Notes under the pieces: generated by a model
Told to the model about the DNA's origin: nothing
Database searches by the model: none
Seen by the model: the letters and a program-made list of their open reading frames with translations, nothing else
Program-made: the position numbers and the translations under genes
In this document: positions 57,690 to 64,000 of the stretch, one piece after another
How the letters are laid out: every line of letters starts with the position of its first letter
Numbering within the stretch: position 1 is the stretch's first letter
Source: Rickettsiales bacterium
Lineage (GTDB): Bacteria > Pseudomonadota > Alphaproteobacteria > Rickettsiales > SXRF01
Assembly (NCBI GenBank): GCA_025464625.1
Contig: JAOAUZ010000001.1
Span: 398,848 to 462,847, forward strand
DNA length: 64,000 nt
Reading direction: 5' to 3'

Positions 57690-58355
57690 TTATTTTAGTA
57701 GTACAGGTTGAGTTTCAGCAGTATTTTCCTTAGGATTTCCGAGTATTAACGGTGGTTTTTTAAATAATGAATATTGAACATCATCGCCAACATTAATAGA
57801 AAGATCTGTGCATGATCCACCTTTCAAAAACAGAAAAGCTAATATCGGCGAAGATGGATAAATATCTTCTTCAAGTTCAGATAGCATTATACTAGGTGCT
57901 ATTTGCGTTATTTTACCCTGTTTATCAATAAAAAGTATGTCAACAGGTGCGTATTGTGTAGAGCGAATAATAGGCTTGGTATCAGGCTTGTTGAACGCCA
58001 TCATCACACCAGTTTTTTCAGAATAGCTGGTTAGATTGAACCAGCCATTTTGATTATACAAAGACATTCCATCGCGTATTTCCACATCCAAAACCAAAGC
58101 TGGATCCTGAGCAATCTCTGGAATAGGTTCTGGTGTAATTATTTTTTCTTTCCAAGGCAACGGCTCTGGTGCTGGCAATTTTGGCAAAGATTTTCTCATT
58201 ATAATTATATTAGTGCGGACATAATCAATTGGTGCGTTCGTATCACCATAGATCATTTTACTGGAGTTACTATTTTTCTTGGCAGCAAAAGAATCAGTCG
58301 CCTGTAAAATAAACGCTACAGAGAATACTAAGACCGCAAAAATAAAATTTTTCAT
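57690..58355 (-). CDS. DUF192-like periplasmic protein with an N-terminal extension
   Basis: Signal peptide. PVDILFIDKQGKITQIAP parallels the DUF192 core of the upstream gene. Confidence 0.55.
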   Translation of the reverse strand: MKNFIFAVLVFSVAFILQATDSFAAKKNSNSSKMIYGDTNAPIDYVRTNIIIMRKSLPKLPAPEPLPWKEKIITPEPIPEIAQDPALVLDVEIRDGMSLYNQNGWFNLTSYSEKTGVMMAFNKPDTKPIIRSTQYAPVDILFIDKQGKITQIAPSIMLSELEEDIYPSSPILAFLFLKGGSCTDLSINVGDDVQYSLFKKPPLILGNPKENTAETQPVLLK

Positions 58356-58828
58356 TATTCAAAAACCTCAGAAATTATTTTGTCACCAACGGCTATGTTG
58401 TACTTTTTTACCATACCACCGTTCATTTCAAGAACGGCAAAAACCTGTGCTTCTCCCGCGCTTATAACATCAAGCGAATTAGGCTTTGCATTCTCAGCAA
58501 TGTAAACGATTTTTCCCGTCTTGTCGATGAATAGGATATCTAGTGGAATGAGTGTGTTTTTCATCCACATATTTACTCTTTGCTTTCCTCCAAAAACAAA
58601 TAACATAACATCTTTTTCAGCGAGCTTATCTCTGTACATTAATCCTAACTCTAACTGCTCTTCATCCTTGGCGATTTCAGCCATGAATTCCTGTTCACCT
58701 TTTGCGGTTTGTATTTTTATGGGTTCACGTTCAAATGTAACGGACATTTCTATCGCAGTTGCGAAAGGAACATGGCAAAAACCGAAGGTTATTAAGGCTA
58801 TAAAAGCGCATACATACGTCTTTTTCAT
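58355..58828 (-). CDS. DUF192 domain protein
   Basis: Signal peptide, MWMKNTLIPLDILFIDKTGKIV and AVLEMNGG, matching COG1430/DUF192 as I remember it. Confidence 0.7.
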   Translation of the reverse strand: MKKTYVCAFIALITFGFCHVPFATAIEMSVTFEREPIKIQTAKGEQEFMAEIAKDEEQLELGLMYRDKLAEKDVMLFVFGGKQRVNMWMKNTLIPLDILFIDKTGKIVYIAENAKPNSLDVISAGEAQVFAVLEMNGGMVKKYNIAVGDKIISEVFE

Positions 58829-58951
58829 AATTTTCCTTATAATTTATGACAGTTTGATGAATTTATGTAGTTGTTGCTGGATATTACCCTGAAAATTAGG
58901 TAGAATACAAGGTGTGTGTATAAAGAAATAAATTTATTGGAGACAAGAATT

Positions 58952-59674
58952 ATGGCAAGAAGTTTTACTGGCTCGCGAGATGGCTCTACTTCTACATCGA
59001 ATGTTTCACTTCGAATTGTGCGAGAAACACTTAGCAAAGGTGGAAGAATCAATGAGGATACGTTTAAGAAAATCGTAAAAGCCAAATTGATGGAAGCGCG
59101 GATGAACATGGCTAATAAGCCAGCAGTTAAGAATTCAATGTTTGGCAGCGGTGGCACAGTGAAACGCTCTGAAAAAGCTCAAAAAGCTGTGGACATGATG
59201 AATCAGGCTAGAAGAGCAAAGGAATTACGCAGGGCGAATAAGGAAGTGGTGATATTAGCTAGGCGTTTCACCAACGGAAAAATTGACCAAAAAGGCAGAA
59301 TTTATGATGTCGCTGGCAATATTGTTGCCAAAGTAAATATAAAAAATGGCGCTATATCTGATATTAACGGTCAACATATTGGTATTTATAAAGCCAAATC
59401 GCAGGCAGTGGTTAATTCAATTCAGGATGCGATAAATAGAGTTAGCCCATATTTTGCTAATCAGCGTGCTGCTATTTTGCAGCAAAGAAAATTTGAAGCG
59501 GAAAGTGCAGAAAATTCTGGTGCGCAACTCGATGTGTGGAGCAGAACGCCAACTGACGCTTGGGGAAGGGTGGCTACTGACATATGGGGACGTCCAAAAT
59601 CTGATATATGGGGACGAACACAGCGCGACATGTGGGGCAACCAGCAGGTTGATGCTTGGGGTAACCAAATCTAA
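58952..59674 (+). CDS. Hypothetical protein with six C-terminal DxWG octapeptide repeats
   Basis: GGAGA RBS then ATG at 58952. Basic N-terminal half. The C-terminus is LDVWSRTP TDAWGRVA TDIWGRPK SDIWGRTQ RDMWGNQQ VDAWGNQI. Confidence 0.55.
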   Translation: MARSFTGSRDGSTSTSNVSLRIVRETLSKGGRINEDTFKKIVKAKLMEARMNMANKPAVKNSMFGSGGTVKRSEKAQKAVDMMNQARRAKELRRANKEVVILARRFTNGKIDQKGRIYDVAGNIVAKVNIKNGAISDINGQHIGIYKAKSQAVVNSIQDAINRVSPYFANQRAAILQQRKFEAESAENSGAQLDVWSRTPTDAWGRVATDIWGRPKSDIWGRTQRDMWGNQQVDAWGNQI

Positions 59675-59681
59675 CGAATAT

Positions 59682-60440
59682 TTACGCCTTACGACTTACA
59701 GCAAATGGTGAAAATGCTTGGGCTGTCGGCATAATTTCCACGCGATTTATGTTCACATGGGCAGGGCGACACAGAGTCCATAATATTGTTTCTGCTATAT
59801 CCTGCGCGGTTAGTGGCTGCATCCCAGCGTAGATATTGTAGGCTTTGTTTTTATCGCCCTTAAATCGTACAATAGAAAATTCAGTATCACACATACCAGG
59901 TTCAATATTGGTAATGCGTATATTTTTCCCTAAAACATCAGCCCGCAGATTGAGTGAAAATTGAGTCACAAAAGCCTTCGTTGCGCCATAAACATTTCCA
60001 CCTGGATATGGATATGTTCCAGCTATAGAACTCAAATTTACAATATGTCCGTTATTGCGTTTAATCATTTCAGGCAGCAATGCGTGAGTACAGTGTAGCA
60101 CTCCCATGATATTGGTTTGCACCATTTGTTCCAAATCATCTTCCGACTGCTGATCAAATGAGGATAAACCGAGAGCCAAACCAGCATTATTTATCAGTGT
60201 ATCAACTTGTGAAAATTTTTCTGGCAAATTTGCGATGGCTTTTTTTACAGCTGTTTTGTTACGAACATCCAACGTAATTATATGAATATTGTCAGCGAAT
60301 TCTTTTTTTAATTCCTCGAGCCTGTCTGCTCTGCGTCCAGTAGCAATTACTTTTGCACCATTTTGTATGAATAATTTTACACATGCCAAGCCAAAACCAG
60401 CCGTTGCACCTGTGATAAAAATTATTTTATTTGAGAGCAT
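59682..60440 (-). CDS. Short-chain dehydrogenase/reductase (YdfG-like NADP-dependent)
   Basis: TGATAGFG cofactor motif, NNAG, and the YGATK catalytic pair. Confidence 0.88.
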   Translation of the reverse strand: MLSNKIIFITGATAGFGLACVKLFIQNGAKVIATGRRADRLEELKKEFADNIHIITLDVRNKTAVKKAIANLPEKFSQVDTLINNAGLALGLSSFDQQSEDDLEQMVQTNIMGVLHCTHALLPEMIKRNNGHIVNLSSIAGTYPYPGGNVYGATKAFVTQFSLNLRADVLGKNIRITNIEPGMCDTEFSIVRFKGDKNKAYNIYAGMQPLTAQDIAETILWTLCRPAHVNINRVEIMPTAQAFSPFAVSRKA

Positions 60441-60447
60441 ATTTTTT

Positions 60448-60570
60448 AGTTGTTGGCGTTTAGCTATTAGCTGTTAGTTTTTATAGTCAGTTAATTGTTG
60501 ATGTTGTATATATTTATCTGTTACCTATCAACTTTAATTTCTAGTCGCTAACCGCTAACCGCTGACAACT
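60448..60570. repeat. Imperfect 30-bp inverted repeat with no ORF between the arms
   Basis: Left arm agttgttggcgtttagctattagctgttag (60448-60477) against right arm ctagtcgctaaccgctaaccgctgacaact (60541-60570). 22 of 30 positions are Watson-Crick complementary, with several further G:U-compatible positions. Confidence 0.4.
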
Positions 60571-60574
60571 TAAC

Positions 60575-61285
60575 ATGCACCGCTTCGCCAACCCAGCCAA
60601 CTTCATTCGGATCGCTGACAAGCTTCTTCCATTCATGATTGTGCTTACAATCTTGTTGCTTATTTTTGGATTGGTGGAGGCTCTATATATTTCTCCTCCA
60701 GATTACCAGCAGGGCGATAGTGTTCGCATTATGTATGTGCATGTGCCGTCAGCGTGGATGTCGATGATGGTATACACAGTAATGGCGGGCGCTTCTGCGA
60801 GTTTTTTAATATGGCGACATCCTTTGGCGGATATTGCTTCCCGTGCCAGCGCTCCACTGGGGGCAGGCTTTACACTCATCACACTAATAACAGGCTCTCT
60901 ATGGGGTAAGCCAATGTGGGGGGCATGGTGGGTGTGGGACGCTCGCCTTACCTCGGTTCTTGTATTATTTTTTATGTATATCGGTTATATTGCTCTTTCT
61001 GACAGTTATGCGGCGCAGGAGCGTGGCAAAAAAATCTGTGCGATAATGGCGTTGGTAGGCTTTGTTAATATTCCTATTATCCGTTTTTCAGTAGAATGGT
61101 GGAATACTCTCCACCAGCCAGCCAGCATTATCCGCAGCGGTGGTGTGGCGATTGATGGTGCAATGCTTATCCCGCTCCTTTCAATGGGTGTTGCTTTTAC
61201 ACTAATTTATTTAACTCTGCTTGTAATACGCATCAAAACCATGCTCATTCAGCAAAAAATTAAACGTTTGCAATTCAATTTATAA
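60575..61285 (+). CDS. ccmC: Heme exporter protein CcmC
   Basis: WWD motif: WGKPMWGAWWVWDARL. Confidence 0.9.
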   Translation: MHRFANPANFIRIADKLLPFMIVLTILLLIFGLVEALYISPPDYQQGDSVRIMYVHVPSAWMSMMVYTVMAGASASFLIWRHPLADIASRASAPLGAGFTLITLITGSLWGKPMWGAWWVWDARLTSVLVLFFMYIGYIALSDSYAAQERGKKICAIMALVGFVNIPIIRFSVEWWNTLHQPASIIRSGGVAIDGAMLIPLLSMGVAFTLIYLTLLVIRIKTMLIQQKIKRLQFNL

Positions 61286-61370
61286 TTACATTCTGTTCAA
61301 TAAGAGGCTAGACAAATAGTCAATTTCTGGCTAATAACGTCACAATTAATATAAATCCACTGGAGATAAT

Positions 61371-61709
61371 ATGACTTTCGTTGTTACTGATGCCTGCATT
61401 AAATGCAAATATACTGATTGTGTAGAGGTTTGCCCTGTCGATTGCTTCTATGAAGGCGAGAACATGTTGGTTATCAATCCTGATGAATGTATTGATTGCG
61501 GTGTTTGCGAGCCAGAATGCCCAGCGGAAGCGATATTGCCCGAATCTGATGAGTTATTAAAATGGGTTGAAGTAAATCGTGAATACGCTGCGAAGTGGCC
61601 TAACCTTACCACCAAGAAAAATCCTCCCGCGGACGCTGATAGCTTCAAAGGCGTGGCTGGTAAATTTGAGCAGTTTTTTAGCCCGAACCCAGCTAAAGAC
61701 GGAAAATAG
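61371..61709 (+). CDS. fdxA: 7Fe ferredoxin ([3Fe-4S][4Fe-4S], FdxA type)
   Basis: [18 protein letters not shown] and [12 protein letters not shown] cluster motifs. Confidence 0.9.
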   Translation: MTFVVTDACIKCKYTDCVEVCPVDCFYEGENMLVINPDECIDCGVCEPECPAEAILPESDELLKWVEVNREYAAKWPNLTTKKNPPADADSFKGVAGKFEQFFSPNPAKDGK

Positions 61710-61911
61710 CTCAACTTTTTTATAATATACTTCCTCTGGCACCAGATTAATAATAAATCCTTTCTTTTTTATTAATTATGTGTTACATTGCTGCTTGTTT
61801 TTTAGTCAGCACTCATTTTATGGTGGGTTATGATTTTAAATCATACTATATATAGTTTGAAATAATTTAAACCATGCAGCCAACTGCAACAACATTGCGT
61901 TAGGAAAGTCT

Positions 61912-62655
61912 ATGCCAAAGAAAAACCTAAAAAAGAAACCAGTTAATAATAAAGTAAAAGCAACGCAAACTGTTAAAACAACATCTAAGAAAGCTGTTAA
62001 AGCTGCACCGACAAAGCGTAGTACGGCGAGAGTTATCTCCGCACCAGTAGTTGTAAAAAAAGAGGTTGCTAAAGCAGTTTCTGCAAAACCAATTGATAAG
62101 AAAACTGCTGTTGCCAAGGTGGCATCACTTAAATCTCTATACAAAGTTGGTAATTATGTAGTTTATCCAACTCATGGCGTTGGCAAAATTATGGCTGAAG
62201 AAACCCAGATGATTGGTGATATTGAGCTTCGCATGTTGGTTATTTCTTTTGAGAAGGATAAAATGACATTGCGTGTTCCGTTGTCGCGTGCTTCTGCTGC
62301 TGGGCTTCGTCCTGTAAGTTCTACAGAGCAGATGAGAAAAGTGTTCCTTACCCTTAAGAGTCGCGCGCGTACCAGCCGTGGTATGTGGAGTCGTCGTGCT
62401 CAGGAATATGAAACAAAAATCAACTCTGGCAATATTCATTTTATTGCAGAAGTTGTTCGTGACCTACATCAGAATGTTGATCAATCTGAACGTTCATACA
62501 GCGAGCGTATGATTTATGAATCAGCTCTTGCGCGCCTAGTTGGCGAGCTTGCTGCTTGCGAAGGTACTGACTACAAAACCGCAACTGATAAACTGATGAA
62601 GCTGCTGCGCGCTAAAGTTGCTGCCGCTGCGGAAGCTCTCAAAGAAGCTGCATAG
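61912..62655 (+). CDS. carD: CarD/CdnL-family RNA-polymerase-binding regulator with a Lys/Ala-rich N-terminal extension
   Basis: Core GNYVVYPTHGVGKI...ISF...MTLRVP, then a helical C-domain. AGGAAAG RBS 4 nt before the ATG at 61912. Confidence 0.85.
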   Translation: MPKKNLKKKPVNNKVKATQTVKTTSKKAVKAAPTKRSTARVISAPVVVKKEVAKAVSAKPIDKKTAVAKVASLKSLYKVGNYVVYPTHGVGKIMAEETQMIGDIELRMLVISFEKDKMTLRVPLSRASAAGLRPVSSTEQMRKVFLTLKSRARTSRGMWSRRAQEYETKINSGNIHFIAEVVRDLHQNVDQSERSYSERMIYESALARLVGELAACEGTDYKTATDKLMKLLRAKVAAAAEALKEAA

Positions 62656-62675
62656 AGAATATAAATCTACCTAAG

Positions 62676-62708
62676 AACGGCTTTCTGGAAACAGGAAGCC
62701 GTTTTTTT
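62676..62708 (+). terminator. Rho-independent terminator downstream of carD
   Basis: aacggctttctg-gaaa-caggaagccgtt: a 12-bp stem with one mismatch, followed by a run of seven T residues. Confidence 0.7.
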
Positions 62709-62769
62709 ATTTGTAGTTTTTATTTGTTATGGCGGTTGCTTTTTTCTGTAAACCTGTTTCAATACTGGC

Positions 62770-63840
62770 ATGACATTCAATACATTCGGGCATTTATTTC
62801 GTTTTACAACTTGGGGGGAAAGCCACGGCGAGGCTATTGGCTGTGTGGTTGATGGTGTTCCGCCACTGATTGATTTATGTGAAGCAGATATTCAAGTTTG
62901 GCTGGATAAACGCAGACCAGCCCAATCACGTTACACCACACAGCGTCAAGAAAGCGATACTGTAAAAATTCTCTCTGGTGTTTTTGAAGGAAAAACTACG
63001 GGGACTCCAATTTCTCTGATTATTCAAAATGAAGACCAAAAATCGAGAGATTATTCAGAGATAAAAGATAAATTCCGTCCCGCACATGCTGATTACACTT
63101 ATTTCCAAAAATATGGGATTCGTGATTATCGTGGCGGTGGTCGTTCTTCGGCACGGGAAACGGCAATGCGCGTTGCAGCAGGTGCAATCGCCCGCAAAAT
63201 ATTGGGAAATGACATTTCCATTCGTGGCTCGATGGTACAGATGGGTGATGATAGGATAGATAATAAACTATACAGTGCAGCGGAAATTGAAAATAATCCA
63301 TTCTGGTGTGCGGACGCGAAGGCAGCAGCGCGTTGGGCAGAAAAATTGGATGCTATTCGTAAAAACGGTTCGTCTATTGGCGCAGTGATTGAAGTTGTGG
63401 CAGAAGGTGTGCCAGTTGGGTTTGGCGCACCGATTTACAAAAAACTGGATGCTGATATTGCCACCGCCATGATGAGTATCAATGCAGTAAAAGGCGTAGA
63501 AATCGGTGATGGATTTGCGAGTGCCGCATTAAGTGGGGAACAGAATGCAGACTCAATGCGTTCAAAAAATGGCAAAGTTATTTTTGAATCAAACCATGCT
63601 GGTGGAATATTGGGTGGAATTTCTAGTGGACAGCCTATAGTGGTACGCTTTGCTGTAAAACCAACCAGTTCTATCTTGCAGGAGGTGGATACTATTGATG
63701 TTCACGGCAACAACACCACCATCCAAACCAAAGGCAGGCATGACCCATGCGTGGGCATCCGCGCTGTGCCAGTGGGTGAGGCGATGCTCGCCTGTGTTCT
63801 GGCTGATCATTATTTGATGTATAAAGCGTTCGGGAAGTAG
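62770..63840 (+). CDS. aroC: Chorismate synthase
   Basis: [22 protein letters not shown] and GRHDPCV motifs. Confidence 0.93.
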   Translation: MTFNTFGHLFRFTTWGESHGEAIGCVVDGVPPLIDLCEADIQVWLDKRRPAQSRYTTQRQESDTVKILSGVFEGKTTGTPISLIIQNEDQKSRDYSEIKDKFRPAHADYTYFQKYGIRDYRGGGRSSARETAMRVAAGAIARKILGNDISIRGSMVQMGDDRIDNKLYSAAEIENNPFWCADAKAAARWAEKLDAIRKNGSSIGAVIEVVAEGVPVGFGAPIYKKLDADIATAMMSINAVKGVEIGDGFASAALSGEQNADSMRSKNGKVIFESNHAGGILGGISSGQPIVVRFAVKPTSSILQEVDTIDVHGNNTTIQTKGRHDPCVGIRAVPVGEAMLACVLADHYLMYKAFGK

Positions 63841-64000
63841 CTAAGTAATTACAGAGCCATTGAGACCATCAGGTTTTTTGCCGACACTCATAGCCGGAGC
63901 TTGAGGTGCTGCTTCCACACCAGAAGCAAGAACTCCGCTTTCTCGTAATTTACCAGCGAGAACGTCAATCTTCTGCTGTATGTTATCATTAAGTTCAGTG
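63841..64000 (-). CDS. 3' end of an unidentified ORF running off the window
   Basis: Minus-strand frame is open to the window edge: ...TELNDNIQQKIDVLAGKLRESGVLASGVEAAPQAPAMSVGKKPDGLNGSVIT, with a stop at 63841-63843. Too short to classify. Confidence 0.3.
   Translation of the reverse strand, partial: TELNDNIQQKIDVLAGKLRESGVLASGVEAAPQAPAMSVGKKPDGLNGSVIT

Noticed and set aside
59528-59671. 24-bp periodic repeat considered as a CRISPR array or VNTR.
   Set aside because: There are no spacers. The units are contiguous, in frame, diverged at synonymous and non-synonymous positions, and end at a stop codon. This is a protein repeat.
61710-61911. The 202-bp fdxA-carD intergenic region, screened for tRNA or small RNA genes. 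The other gaps above 100 bp were screened too: 4118-4238, 7661-7785, 12092-12269, 15122-15282, 28251-28469, 38540-38675 and 41614-41716.
   Set aside because: I could find no cloverleaf-compatible acceptor/T-arm pairing, no GTTCRANYC-like T-loop and no conserved ncRNA signature by eye. A covariance-model scan (tRNAscan-SE or Infernal) would be needed to exclude them formally.
1-64000. Classical mobile elements, prophage, restriction-modification, toxin-antitoxin or known defence systems.
   Set aside because: No transposase, integrase, phage structural, nuclease/ATPase defence or methyltransferase/endonuclease pairs were recognisable among the ORF translations. The only mobility signals are the small palindromic and inverted repeats reported above.

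Overview
This 64-kb window looks like a chromosomal segment of a visibly AT-rich alphaproteobacterium. That placement is an inference from gene content: divK-pleD, a truncated hprK next to EIIA-Man, HPr and rapZ, ccmC, the long alpha-type serC, the serS-surE-pcm-nlpD block, and an Alph_Pro_TM/TauE pair. The dense packing, Rickettsia-palindromic-element-like repeats and a stray virB8-virB9 pair suggest a host-associated (Rickettsiales/Holosporales-like) lifestyle, but I cannot prove that from sequence alone. I support about 75 CDS, most of them housekeeping:
- Transport and secretion: pstCAB, tatABC, ccmC.
- Translation and RNA: truA, fmt-def, gltX, argS, serS.
- DNA metabolism: comEC, uvrD, xthA, dgt.
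- Biosynthesis: bioF-H-C-D, ispB, gpsA, nadA, serC-serA, aroC.
- Regulation and other: divK-pleD, erpA, nagZ, surE-pcm-nlpD, fdxA, carD.

I found no rRNA, tRNA, CRISPR array, transposase or integrase. The non-housekeeping signal sits in small pockets:
1. A minus-strand operon of four tandem, highly diverged small paralogs plus an unrelated 87-aa ORF (7786-9505). I cannot assign any of them to a family. This is my best candidate for an undescribed system.
2. Two tandem paralogous glycine-zipper membrane proteins (15283-17408), preceded by three TGTAACA/TGTTACA heptamers phased exactly 21 bp apart.
3. A palindromic repeat family with four copies. Two of them are inserted in frame inside truA and uvrD.
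4. A four-helix-bundle (23S-IVS/Avd-like) gene bracketed by a 28/29-matching 29-bp inverted repeat, wedged into the serS-surE junction. The repeat arms are translated as the serS C-terminus and the surE N-terminus.
5. An ECF sigma factor followed by a transmembrane vWA (YfbK-like) protein and then a polytopic membrane protein with His motifs.
6. A tightly packed seven-gene envelope operon containing tandem DUF192 genes.
7. A protein ending in six perfect-period DxWG octapeptide repeats.

All functional calls come from motif recognition by eye. No database search was run.
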